Source: a virus (Duplodnaviria > Caudoviricetes). From it: a stretch of DNA of 62,279 bases. A program made the translations under genes and the position numbers. This document shows positions 9,084-18,800 of the stretch, piece by piece. Where the stretch lies: positions 1 to 62,279 of the IMG/VR virus record IMGVR_UViG_3300035338_000024. One strand, written 5' to 3'. Positions within the stretch are counted from its first letter, which is position 1. Each line of letters begins with the position of its first letter. The notes beneath the pieces are model-generated. The model was not told the DNA's origin. It worked only from the letters and a program-made list of their open reading frames with translations, and searched no databases.

Positions 9084-9818
9084 TCAGGCGTAGATCACCT
9101 GACCCGGGAGCTTGTCGACCAGGAACTGTCGCACCCTGGCCGCGGCCTCGTTCTTCCAGGCGCCCCCATCAGCTTCAAAAAGCCCGACGCAGAGCCCGTC
9201 GCCCGACTTGCGGAAGCGGATGATGAAATTGGATTCCGGCTGCTGGACCTCGCGGAAGGTCCGGTAGGGGGCCAGAGAAATCGGGTTTTCGACCTTCACC
9301 TCGGCCTTCAGGGTGATTCCGGTGCGAATGCGGATCGACTGCGAGAAGCCGTCGTCGGCGTTCTCCTTGACATTCTCGTCCACCACGGAGGCGAGAAGCC
9401 CCAGGATCGCGTCCACCCGCTCGGTGCGAATGAATTGGGCCTGGATCCCGATGATGAAGGATTCCAGGTCGAGGTAGCGGCCGAAGGGAAAGCCGCAATC
9501 CGGGCCCTCGGCCATGGCGTAGATAAAGCGGATGTTGAAGTTTTTGGGATCCAAGGGACCCAGGACCAGCACCTTGGAGTGCTCCCGGACCAGGAGTGCA
9601 AGGTCGTTGAAGCCCTTGGCTTCGCCTTCCATGAAGGCCACAAGAGCAGTGAGGGTGGAGAAGTTCAGCACATCCGGCCGGTGTTCCTCAGGCCGTTTCA
9701 CCACAGCCAGACTGCCATCCTTGGCCCGGAAGTAGCGTCGGTCATCGATTTCGACGGTCTGGGGCCGGTTGGCCTCTCGAAATCTGTCCTCCAGGTGCTG
9801 CAAAGCATCTTTGATCAT
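9084..9818 (-). CDS. Conserved phage protein
   Basis: LAPYRTFREVQQPES...LFEADGGAWK motif. Confidence 0.8.
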   Translation of the reverse strand: MIKDALQHLEDRFREANRPQTVEIDDRRYFRAKDGSLAVVKRPEEHRPDVLNFSTLTALVAFMEGEAKGFNDLALLVREHSKVLVLGPLDPKNFNIRFIYAMAEGPDCGFPFGRYLDLESFIIGIQAQFIRTERVDAILGLLASVVDENVKENADDGFSQSIRIRTGITLKAEVKVENPISLAPYRTFREVQQPESNFIIRFRKSGDGLCVGLFEADGGAWKNEAAARVRQFLVDKLPGQVIYA

Positions 9819-9824
9819 GTGCGC

Positions 9825-10175
9825 CTATTCCTTTCTGAAGGCCTTCACGGTGCCCAAACCGGGAAGCGAAGGCTGGTTTGGGTTTCTCTCCTGGGCGTAG
9901 GACTTGCCCCGGGAGTCGAGCCGGACATGGGCCACGCCCTTGACGGGTGCCACGCCGCAGGTGGTGCTCTTGGCCTCGATGGCGTAGCCGACTACGGTGC
10001 GGCCCTCGTCGCTGGGCTTGATGGTGACCTTGAGGGTCACGGAGCGAGCGCCCATCCCGGTGTTGATGTCGGAAATGTTGGCCATGACCTTCTCCAGCTC
10101 ATGGTCGAACATTTCGACTGCGGCCCCGCCGTTGATGTTCACCAAGCTGACCTTTTCCTCTTGCGGCTGTTCCAC
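9825..10175 (-). CDS. Conserved phage protein (often annotated replication terminator-like)
   Basis: GGAAVEMFDHELEKVMANISDINT...RSVTLKVTIKP. Confidence 0.7.
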   Translation of the reverse strand: MEQPQEEKVSLVNINGGAAVEMFDHELEKVMANISDINTGMGARSVTLKVTIKPSDEGRTVVGYAIEAKSTTCGVAPVKGVAHVRLDSRGKSYAQERNPNQPSLPGLGTVKAFRKE

Positions 10176-10367
10176 GAACGCCCTTCCTTCCCTGAAGATG
10201 TTGCGGTTGGTTGAACGCGCCTTTGCCGTTAGAGCGCACCCCGCGGTCCGGTGCCGGCGAAGTCGCATCAGCAAAGTGAGGACTCGCCAATGGCCTTACC
10301 CGGAGGCGCCGCGGTAACCGCACATAGAGCGAGAAACCGCAGCATGGGGTTAGCCCCGATGCTGCGG

Positions 10368-10397
10368 TTAATATCAGGCACAAAAGGTGATTGTCAA
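10368..10397 (-). promoter_or_regulatory. Putative early leftward sigma70 promoter
   Basis: TTGACA (10397-10392), 18-nt spacer, TGnTATTAA; upstream of leftward operon. Confidence 0.55.
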
Positions 10398-10416
10398 GAA
10401 CAGAAATGGAGTTGTA

Positions 10417-10821
10417 TCAAGAAATTTTTTGGGCGAGCTGTTTAAGGAGGATTTCCTCGCAATCGGGATTGGCTTGAGGGTTTCTCGAGCAGGCCTCGCA
10501 GCGGCGCTGGATGACGACGGCAAGGCCTCGGTTCAGTGGGATGTAGCCCACCAGGCGGTGAATGGTTTCTTCCGGCCCGACATAGCGCCGACGGACCCAT
10601 TCCGGCTTGCCGGTGGCGCAAACGCGATCAACGTGGCTGATGGTGGCCACGGATGCAGCGTTTGAAAAATACCGCGAAATGGGGCCGGTGGAGGCGTCCT
10701 TGGGGACGAAAATGGCGGGCGTTTCGGGGTTGATGGTCCAACGCACCAGGTCGCCATCCCGGCTGACCCAGAAGGCAGAGGCCCTGTGCTTCCGCACGAA
10801 GGCGTCAACAAAGGCCGCCAC
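10417..10821 (-). CDS. Hypothetical protein downstream of repressor
   Basis: 134-aa ORF, start uncertain. Confidence 0.45.
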   Translation of the reverse strand: MAAFVDAFVRKHRASAFWVSRDGDLVRWTINPETPAIFVPKDASTGPISRYFSNAASVATISHVDRVCATGKPEWVRRRYVGPEETIHRLVGYIPLNRGLAVVIQRRCEACSRNPQANPDCEEILLKQLAQKIS

Positions 10822-10865
10822 GTCGGATGGCGCTCGACCGGAAACCGAACCCAGAGCAGGGTTTA

Positions 10866-11306
10866 TTAACAGGCCTTGCTTTCCGGCAGAGCAGCAAGAG
10901 CGGCTTCCAGTCGAGTTTTGTACTCTGCCAGGGCTTTTTTTAGTTCGAGGGCTTCCTTCCTGTAGTTGGAAAGTTCGCCCCGGAGATCTTGGACTTCCTT
11001 GCGCTCGGCCTCAAGCTGGCTTTTCAGCCATTCGTTCTGCTCCTGCAGCCAAGAAAGCCGGTCCTGGTCAACAGCGGCCTGCTCAATGAACGGCTTGTCG
11101 GTGAAGGGCGAATTGGTGAAAAACTCGGACAGGCTCACTTTGTAGAACTTCGCCAGGAGCGCCAGCTCCGCAATGGTCACCGGCACGACGCCGGTTTCCT
11201 TTTTCGAGTACCCGCTGCGGGTAATTCCGAGGGCTTCCGCGAGGGCATCTTGGCGTAACCCCCTCGCCGTTCTCAGCCTGCGCATGGCATCCGTGTCGTA
11301 TTGCAT
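10866..11306 (-). CDS. CI-like XRE repressor with coiled-coil C-terminus
   Basis: LRTARGLRQDALAEALGITRSGYSKKETG HTH; divergent from Cro-like gene. Confidence 0.9.
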   Translation of the reverse strand: MQYDTDAMRRLRTARGLRQDALAEALGITRSGYSKKETGVVPVTIAELALLAKFYKVSLSEFFTNSPFTDKPFIEQAAVDQDRLSWLQEQNEWLKSQLEAERKEVQDLRGELSNYRKEALELKKALAEYKTRLEAALAALPESKAC

Positions 11307-11339
11307 GCCGCCCGCCTCCCGTATCGTATGTGCCTGTAG

Positions 11340-11400
11340 ATATCCCGAAATGCCAATCAAATGTGATTGACAGTCAATTGTGATTCATGGTATCGGGCAA
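11340..11400. promoter_or_regulatory. Lysis-lysogeny switch region
   Basis: ATTGAC-A-GTCAAT palindrome 11366-11378 giving overlapping TTGACA(+) and TTGACT(-) between divergent HTH genes. Confidence 0.55.
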
Positions 11401-11403
11401 AGC

Positions 11404-11691
11404 ATGAAAACCGATCTTGCGGCCTACTTCAAAAAGGTCCGGGGGCTCCTGGGCATGACCCAGGAGCAGTTCGCCGTTCACCTCAAAATGCCAAAAGGAG
11501 GGAGCCAGCTCGCCCGGCGCAGGGCTCGCAATGCCCTGGCGAAATACGAAACCGGGAAAGCCATGCCGCCGGCCGCCGTCCTGCTGCGAGTCCAGAAGGC
11601 CGAAACCGATTTCCTGACAAATGCCCTGAACGAGATCAAGAAGGGAACGGGCAAGACCACCAGGCAATCGGGCCGGGGGCGTGTTCTTTAA
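11404..11691 (+). CDS. Cro-like HTH regulator
   Basis: KKVRGLLGMTQEQFA...LAKYETGKAMP. Confidence 0.8.
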   Translation: MKTDLAAYFKKVRGLLGMTQEQFAVHLKMPKGGSQLARRRARNALAKYETGKAMPPAAVLLRVQKAETDFLTNALNEIKKGTGKTTRQSGRGRVL

Positions 11692-11746
11692 AGGAACACT
11701 CTTAAACCAAAAGCAAATAATTCCGCAAGCCTTATTGGAGGCAATG

Positions 11747-11965
11747 ATGCCGCCGCGCCGGAATGCCGATCCCGCTGAAAGCTGCTCGTATTCCATCCGT
11801 TCCTCCACAGCCGAGCTTTTGGAACTCGCCGCCAGCATCACCAACCGAACCAAGTCCCAACTTGCCGATGAAGCCATTCGCGCTCACGCGATGGCGATCC
11901 TTGCCGAGGATCGCGTCATTTTCCCGCGCATTTTAGCAGCTTGCCGCGAGGATGCTTGTGGATAA
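11747..11965 (+). CDS. Ribbon-helix-helix-like regulator at CII position
   Basis: SYSIRSSTAELLELAASITNRTKSQLADEAI; GGAGG RBS. Confidence 0.6.
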   Translation: MPPRRNADPAESCSYSIRSSTAELLELAASITNRTKSQLADEAIRAHAMAILAEDRVIFPRILAACREDACG

Positions 11966-12051
11966 AAATTATTTCTTGCCAGGAACCAACCGCAATAGGC
12001 GGTGGTCGGCAGGGGTCAACAACCACAATAGGTAGACACAAGGGGGTGAGC

Positions 12052-12267
12052 ATGACCGAGATGGTGCCTGTCAGTCTGGTGGAGAAGCTCCTCGATGAAG
12101 TGACCCAGGAAGCCTTCAAGACCGAGAACCGCAGGGGGCAGTTGGGACGAATCAGGAACATGCTGGTGGCATTCGGGCATGCGGTCCGAGCCTACAGCGC
12201 CGGTAACCGGGCGGAAGCGCCGCTGGCGCCCCGGGCCAAGAGGTGGTGGCAGATATTCAAGCGGTAG
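12052..12267 (+). CDS. Hypothetical protein
   Basis: ATG with RBS. Confidence 0.65.
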   Translation: MTEMVPVSLVEKLLDEVTQEAFKTENRRGQLGRIRNMLVAFGHAVRAYSAGNRAEAPLAPRAKRWWQIFKR

Positions 12268-12286
12268 GGCAGGGGAGGGGAAGCCG

Positions 12287-13423
12287 ATGGCCGACTACGG
12301 AATGGTGGGGCCCGGATTCTGGACGGGTGAAACCGGAAGGGCGATCCGAGCAAAGGGGCCCGAGGCCCAAGTGGTTGCCCTGTACCTCATGACGTGCAGG
12401 CATCGGAACCCCCTTGGAATCTACTACCTTCCCAGCGTCTTGATCCCTCACGAAACAGGACTCCAAAGCCCCTCCGAAGGGGCTTCGGAGGGGCTCTCGA
12501 GGGGCTTCAAAGGGGGGCTGGAAGCCCTTCGAAGCCTCATCGAAGTGGGTTTTTGCTCCTTCGACTGGGAGGCCGAGGTCGTGTGGGTCCACGAAATGGC
12601 CCGGTTCCAGATCCTGCAGGACAAAGCACGGCTGGACCCGAAGGATAATCGGGTGAAGTGGATCAACGCCCGCTATGAGGATTTACCGAAAAATCAATTT
12701 CTTGGGGCGTTCTTCGACCGGTACGGCGAGGCCCTCGGGCTCAAGGCCCGGCGCGATGGCGCCAAGCCCCTTCGGAGCCCCTCCGAAGCCCCTCCGAAGC
12801 CAGTATCAGTATCAGTAACAGACAAAGAGTATCCTCCCCCCTGTAGTCCCCCCCCCTTGGGGGATGACACCTCCCCCCCAGCTGACCCCACACCACCAGC
12901 AACCCATTCTGGCAGAGATAACCCCGAGGCTATCCCCTGCGGGGAAATCGTCGACCACCTGAACGCGAAGGCAGGGACCAAGTTCCTGGCGACCGCCAAG
13001 GCCACCAAGAGCCTCATAAAGGCCAGGTGGCGGGAGGGGCACCGCCTGGAGGACTTCAAGGCCGTCATAGACCACCGGGCCGGCATCTGGCTTGGGGACT
13101 CGAAGATGGAGGAGTACCTGCGGCCGCAAACGCTGTTCAGCGGGAAATTCGAGGCCTACCTGCAGGCGGCCCGGAGGGGGAGGGCTGCAGGGGGCAATGG
13201 GAGGCATCCGCCGCCCATCCAGCCGCGCACCTACCGGGAATGTCAGGACGCGGAGCGTCGCGCCATCGCTGACAGCATTCTGAAGAGCTTCGAAAAGGAG
13301 GCCACCGGCCATGCTGAAATCGGTTCTGGAGACGGAGATTGCCAAAACCTCGCTATCGAGCGGCGCCAGACACCCGGCAGCGGAGCTTGTGGCCCTGGTG
13401 GCGATTTTTCTGGAGGCCCTTAA
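12287..13423 (+). CDS. Phage replication initiator with conserved phage C-terminal domain
   Basis: IVDHLNAKAG...DFKAVID...YLRPQTLFSGKFEAYL; internal iterons. Confidence 0.85.
   Translation: MADYGMVGPGFWTGETGRAIRAKGPEAQVVALYLMTCRHRNPLGIYYLPSVLIPHETGLQSPSEGASEGLSRGFKGGLEALRSLIEVGFCSFDWEAEVVWVHEMARFQILQDKARLDPKDNRVKWINARYEDLPKNQFLGAFFDRYGEALGLKARRDGAKPLRSPSEAPPKPVSVSVTDKEYPPPCSPPPLGDDTSPPADPTPPATHSGRDNPEAIPCGEIVDHLNAKAGTKFLATAKATKSLIKARWREGHRLEDFKAVIDHRAGIWLGDSKMEEYLRPQTLFSGKFEAYLQAARRGRAAGGNGRHPPPIQPRTYRECQDAERRAIADSILKSFEKEATGHAEIGSGDGDCQNLAIERRQTPGSGACGPGGDFSGGP
12466..12821. repeat. Iteron clusters of the putative replication origin
   Basis: 11-bp (A/G)AGCCCCT(C/T)CG tandem repeats 12764-12801, inverted/variant copies 12466-12537, CAGTAT repeats from 12801. 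Confidence 0.7.
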
Positions 13424-13661
13424 CGGCCAGCGGGCCGAGGACGTGGCTGAGGCTTTCAGGGTCCACCGCCGTGAATCCCCCTTCATGCCGCGGCCGAGCG
13501 AGATCCTGGCCAGGGCGAAAGACATCGCCGCCCGCCGGCGGGCTCGAATCCGGCGGTTGCCGGCGCCGACGGAAATTCCCGAGGATCAGCGGCGGGCCAA
13601 CCTGGAAGGCATCCGGAGGGTGCGGAACGCCCTGGCCAAGCGAAAGGCGGTGACGAAGTGA
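13311..13661 (+). CDS. Putative helicase loader (P-like)
   Basis: AFRVHRRESPFMPRPSEI motif; follows initiator. Confidence 0.55.
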   Translation: MLKSVLETEIAKTSLSSGARHPAAELVALVAIFLEALNGQRAEDVAEAFRVHRRESPFMPRPSEILARAKDIAARRRARIRRLPAPTEIPEDQRRANLEGIRRVRNALAKRKAVTK

Positions 13662-13885
13662 GCAACCGTAGTGAGCAACGCGCTCGGCACGCGCGGGCCA
13701 TGCGGGCCGACGTGATGGAGTTCTACCTGGAGGCCATCGGGGAATCCCCGTTGGCTGTTTGGTTCACCGACGGTGAGAACCGATTTTGGCTGCCGAAGAG
13801 CCAAATCGAGGCCAAGAACATCAAGGGCCGGGACTTCCAGGTTTTCGTGCCCGTGTGGTTGGCGAAGGAGAAGGGGCTGATTTGA
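13658..13885 (+). CDS. Hypothetical phage protein
   Basis: FWLPKSQI...VPVWLAKEKGLI motif. Confidence 0.75.
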   Translation: MSNRSEQRARHARAMRADVMEFYLEAIGESPLAVWFTDGENRFWLPKSQIEAKNIKGRDFQVFVPVWLAKEKGLI

Positions 13886-14040
13886 TGGACGAGATCACCA
13901 GGACCCTGGTTGCGTCGGACTGCAGCGTCGAGCTCTTCCTGCTGCTTTGGGTCCTTGTGGTGGTCATGGGGCTGTTCCTGGGGGGCGCCGTCGTGGACGC
14001 CATCTTCCAGGCCAGGCAACGCAAGCGGGGAAGGGAGTAG
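13885..14040 (+). CDS. Small membrane protein
   Basis: TGATG coupling; one hydrophobic segment and basic tail. Confidence 0.6.
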   Translation: MDEITRTLVASDCSVELFLLLWVLVVVMGLFLGGAVVDAIFQARQRKRGRE

Positions 14041-14046
14041 GGAACC

Positions 14047-14517
14047 ATGGCGGGCAAAAATTTGGTGATTCTGATTGGCAACCTGGGGAAGGACCCAGAG
14101 GTTCGCTACACCCAGGCGGGGCTGGCCGTGGCGAAGTTCAGCCTGGCCACGAACGAGAAGCGCAAGAAGGGGGACGATTGGGTTGACGACGTTCAGTGGC
14201 ATCGGGTGACCTTCTTCGGGAAGCTCGCCGAGATCTGCGGGGAGTACCTGACCAAGGGCAAGCAGATCTACCTCGAAGGACGGATCCAGTACGGCAGCTA
14301 CGAGAAAGACGGCCAGACCGTCTACACCACCGACATCATCGGCCAAAACATGGTCATGCTGGGCGGCGGGAACGGCGGCAGCGGCGGGGGTGGCCGGCGG
14401 CAGCGGGAGGCCGGGGGGGATTACGAGGACCCCTACGAGGCGCACGGGCAGGGTCGTGGTGCTGTTGGGCCGGTGCCCCCAGTCTATGAAAGCATGGAGG
14501 ATGATATCCCATTCTGA
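14047..14517 (+). CDS. ssb: Single-stranded DNA-binding protein
   Basis: NLVILIGNLGKDPEVRYT...DDIPF. Confidence 0.97.
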   Translation: MAGKNLVILIGNLGKDPEVRYTQAGLAVAKFSLATNEKRKKGDDWVDDVQWHRVTFFGKLAEICGEYLTKGKQIYLEGRIQYGSYEKDGQTVYTTDIIGQNMVMLGGGNGGSGGGGRRQREAGGDYEDPYEAHGQGRGAVGPVPPVYESMEDDIPF

Positions 14518-14535
14518 GCAGGGGAGGGCTTCGCA

Positions 14536-15156
14536 GTGAACAATAACAGCATTGCCAGGGCACCCCGGGCCCACCTCGAACACCGGGAACAAGTTGCGGT
14601 CGTCAACTTCGCGGGTCTCATGGCCCGGCAGTACCCCGAGCTGGGGCTGCTCTACGCCATTCCGAATGCGGCCCGCCGGGGGCCTGCCCTGGCCAGCTGG
14701 ATGAAAGCCGAAGGCCTGCGCGCCGGGGTGCCTGACTTATGCCTTCCGGTGCCACGGCTGGGCTACCATGGGCTTTACATCGAGATGAAGCGGGAGGGGG
14801 GCAACGGTCCCACCAAGGACCAACGCTGTTTCCTCCGATGCCTGGGGGACCAGGGCTATTTGGCGGTCTGCTGCTGGGGGGCGGATCAGGCGAAGCGCCT
14901 GCTGCTGCGGTACGTACGAGGGGAGGCCCTGGAAATCGAGGACGCCCCCAAGTCGAAAAGGCCACGGGACGCTCGGGAGTGGCTGCGGAAGGCCGATGAG
15001 GTCAAGCGGCTGGCGGAAACCATGACCTTCAGTGCCATCACGGAGAAGACGGGGTTGCCCCGCACAACAGTAAGAGAAATGTTAAAAAGTAGATTCCCGA
15101 CTTATGTGCAAGACTACTTAGATGGTGGTGGAAAATCCCCCTCAACCTATCATTAA
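14536..15156 (+). CDS. VRR-NUC nuclease with C-terminal HTH-like extension
   Basis: LYAIPNA...KAEGLRAGVPDLCL...LYIEMK. Confidence 0.85.
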   Translation: MNNNSIARAPRAHLEHREQVAVVNFAGLMARQYPELGLLYAIPNAARRGPALASWMKAEGLRAGVPDLCLPVPRLGYHGLYIEMKREGGNGPTKDQRCFLRCLGDQGYLAVCCWGADQAKRLLLRYVRGEALEIEDAPKSKRPRDAREWLRKADEVKRLAETMTFSAITEKTGLPRTTVREMLKSRFPTYVQDYLDGGGKSPSTYH

Positions 15157-15454
15157 ACCATCGCCTGGAGGAGGATTGTTGGGAAGATAATCCAAGTCAT
15201 CCCAGATGATTTGCTCTGCCGCCTCCTCAAGGGCTTGGCATCGCTCCGCCCATGGCAGTCCCGGGAGCAGGGCATCACATCGGAGGCTGAGCCCTGCATG
15301 ACGCCTGCTGCCTGGCCCGTGGTTGCCGAAGCCATCTATCAGGGATTTCCATAGTGGGTTGAACCAGACAGTGAGCGCGGTTGAGCCTCCCGAAATCGAG
15401 GCTCCGGCCTGGATTGAAGTAGAGGATGCGGTTGTCGAGGATTTTGAGGATCAT
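15142..15454 (-). pseudogene. Frameshifted TnpV-like gene coupled to ihf
   Basis: MILKILDNRILYFNPGRSLDFGRLNRAH, then in another frame ...LPWAERCQALEEAAEQIIWDDLDYLP, resembling the TnpV W...AEEIV..ELIY end. Confidence 0.45.
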
Positions 15455-15747
15455 TGCGCCGATTGCCTTCCGTTGAGGAGCATCCGGAGCTTGCCCGAAC
15501 ACTTGAAGGAGACCACCTTCCGGGGCGGCAGCATCAAGTCCTGGCCGGTTGCCGGGTTGCGGCCGCGGCGCTCATGCTTGGCCCGCACGCTGAACCTTCC
15601 GAAGCCGCTGACCAGGATGACATCCCCGGCTTCCAGGGAGCGCTTCATCAGCTCCAGGAGGGTTTCAACTATCTCAGTGGACCTCTTCTTGGTGAGCCCG
15701 GTTGGGGCCATTACAGCTTCGATGAGGCTTGATTTCGTGAAGGCCAT
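15451..15747 (-). CDS. ihfA: Integration host factor alpha-like protein
   Basis: SGFGRFSVRAKHERRGRNPATG...RKVVSFKCSGKLR. Confidence 0.9.
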   Translation of the reverse strand: MAFTKSSLIEAVMAPTGLTKKRSTEIVETLLELMKRSLEAGDVILVSGFGRFSVRAKHERRGRNPATGQDLMLPPRKVVSFKCSGKLRMLLNGRQSAQ

Positions 15748-15846
15748 GGGGATTCCTTGAGGTTGCGTGGCAAAAAGGACCGGTCAAGGTTGCGTCAGAA
15801 CAGGATGCAAATAGTTATTGAGTTTTTGAAGGTCCCCCTTGGCCCC

Positions 15847-18800
15847 TTATAAGAGCTCCACCTCTCTTGAGATTACTTTTTCAATCACGGCATCGACATC
15901 GCTAATTACGTCAATTTGTGACATCAGAACGGACAGGAGCCTCAACAATTCGCAAAATTCCGCACTCGTGAAAGCAGTCCTTGTATAGGCGTAGGTATGA
16001 AATTTAAGCCAACAATTTATGACTTCATACCCCGATATGGTAATTTGCAAAAGTTCTTCAGGAATTCCCTCGAGTGTGATTTCAGGTTCACGTTGTATAT
16101 CCGAGAAAAGCCGGATCTCGTGCCTCTCATCGTCTACAGAGAACTTGACCAGCTTGAATTCTCTAGAATACGCACTTTCAAGCCGAACTGCCCAAGCCTG
16201 TAGTTGAACCTCTGTTTCAGGGTTTTCCAACTCAGCTATTCTCTGCCCCTTACCTATCAGCGCCGCAATAATATCCGGATCACTAACAATTGGAATCCTC
16301 GGAATATTCTCCCTATCGGAAGCCGTGTAGTAGGCCTCAGCAAATGCTTCCAGAAGTGTTCCTGAGCAAAGAACTGCATAGCTATAAAAAACAATGTCAC
16401 GAGCCGTGGTTTCGGGACGAACTGCCCTCACCGCCGCGAGCAGGCACTCAGAGATATTTGTTTTCGGAGTCGGATCCCATGCTCTTCCACCTGGAGGCTT
16501 GTTTTCGGGGAACTGATTACAGAACACATGCGCATTGCCTCTAGCGCAAAGATCATTGTCTGGCATGTCCCAGCAGAACGTCGCAAAGCGGTGAATGTCA
16601 TCACCTATGTCGATAGGAGATGGCGCGATGGCAATGCCTACCGTCCCGAGGCTCGAATATGCGGAAACCACTTCCGGCCGGAGGCGAGTACCTCCGCCTC
16701 CAAGCCCGCTAAGAACGCGCAGGAGTGAGTCTTCAAAAAGAAGATGCATTGGAACAAAAGGTCGAAAAGAATACTTCCGATAGGAGGTCTCGGCAATAGA
16801 TGCGGCCCCTAAACGTTGTCTCACCTCTTGGGTTAGTTTGTTTTCCCCGGGCGGTTTCTTTTGGCCGGAAAACCAGCGCTCTATCAGATTGGCATATGGC
16901 GTGGCGAGATTGCCGACCTCCTGGCTCCTTCGTTGAAGGAGCGGTCTGCTTGGATGCACGAATAGCGCAACCGGAGCAAGTTTTATCCCGGAGCAATGTC
17001 GTTCGAATATGCATCGCTCGCCTTCTGCAGGGACTCCGGGACCTGTCGAGTGAATCGCCCAGAACCGAGAATACAGATCCCTGTCATAGCTCTGCTCTCC
17101 AAACCGAAAAGCTTTTGTTTCCCGATTTAGATCGTACTGTGAGAATAGAGCAATATAGTCGCCGGAGGACCGTGATTCATCCAGGAAAGATTTCTTCTGT
17201 GTGCGAGTCTTGTCGGTTATGGCAATGTAATGAAGTCGTTCGGCGAGCGTGTCGGGAACCGACCCCGTGTGTGTAGCGATTAGAAGCATGCGCCCCTGCC
17301 GAGAGTTAAAAAGGCTTGAGGAACGGACACCTGTCCGCAGATCCCGGTCTATATCCATCGCCCAAAAATGCGAGAAGTGCCCTATCAACCACTCTCGAGC
17401 GTAGCGATAAGTGGGGTGAGCTGCAAAGGTGGATGGGAGTATAAGCGCCAAAATGCCCATATCACTCTCAAGTACCTTGTCGGCCGCCCAACGCAGAAAT
17501 TTCATGAAATCATTGCCAATCTGCTTCTGTATGTTTTGTCTTGAACGGCGCTCTCCCTCCGGCGGCCGAAAATCCTCAAGCAACCGCTCGATCACGGTGA
17601 AGTTCTCGCCTGTGCTGTGCGGACCGAAACTATCGGACGACGGAGGATTCCCAATAACGAGTACGATCGGCGGCTGAGCGCAATTTTTAGCACGGCGCAA
17701 CTCCTCCCTTAGAACGCTTGCAGGATGATCGTCATCGCCATCGATCAATTCGTCACTCAAGGAATTTGTCAGAAATATATCGATATCATGCTCCGGTACG
17801 CTCTCAATTCGGAGCATTGCAATCCTATAGTGGGCTAATGCGTATGGGGCGGGCAGAATCTCGAAACCAACCAAGTGCGCCGCATTTCCGCCTGACGAAT
17901 GCCGGACCAACTGCTCCAAAAATGTGCCCGTTCCGCAACATGGGTCGATAATTTTATTTCCTTCCTCAAAAAGACATCGTCCTCCGAAGGTTGACTCAGC
18001 TACCGATTTTGCTGCCCCCACGGTAAAGCCTGCCAACTCGGGTGGCGTGTAGAAAGCCCCAAAATCAAACCTTGTCTTTGGATCAAACTCGGCAAGAAAT
18101 TGTTCGTAAAGCGTATGATAGTCGGGGGCGCTACGCTGAGCTAAACGCAACTGAATATGAGCCAGCAACCTACGAGCATCGTCATACCAGCATCGGAGTT
18201 GGCTTGCGGATTCCCCTTCGGGCGATAACTCAGATTCAAGCATCCCGACCAACGCTTTAAACGGTACAAGGCGATCAGCGTAACTGGCGAAAACCGCGTC
18301 TGTCCAAAACCGACGTATTGCCTCATAGCGTGATGGTGGTTCCCCGGCTTCTCCTGCAACGACACGGTGGGCGTACAACAAACCAAAACATAGAACCTGC
18401 GCCACAAAATCGGCGAAAATTTTGGGCTGCCGGAGGACAGGGTCATGCTGCAAACGCAACGCTCCATGCAAATCATGCAGGATGCGAATAGTCCGGTTCT
18501 CATCCTCCGATACCCCCGAATCAGGTGGGGCCTGTGAGAGGATAAGAACACATTCCGCGAGCGCGGAAGCTCGTTTCGCAATTTCTCTAATTAATTGCTC
18601 CTCTGAGCATTGCCGAAAGCCGGTCTCGCGAAAAAAATCTCTAAGAAGGTTGTCTATTAGAAAATCTATTGGAATTGTTCTGGATAAACGATGTCGAATT
18701 GGTTTTGGGACTATGCAGTGACGCTGTGCAGTATCAATTCGCCCAGGTTCGAAGAAAATGAACTCTATTCCGTCCGTCAGAATTACCCGCTGGCCAGTTC

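Noticed and set aside
3433-10214. Long plus-strand ORFs opposite the early operon (e.g. 5471..6826, 9075..10214)
   Set aside because: Shadows of well-supported minus-strand genes
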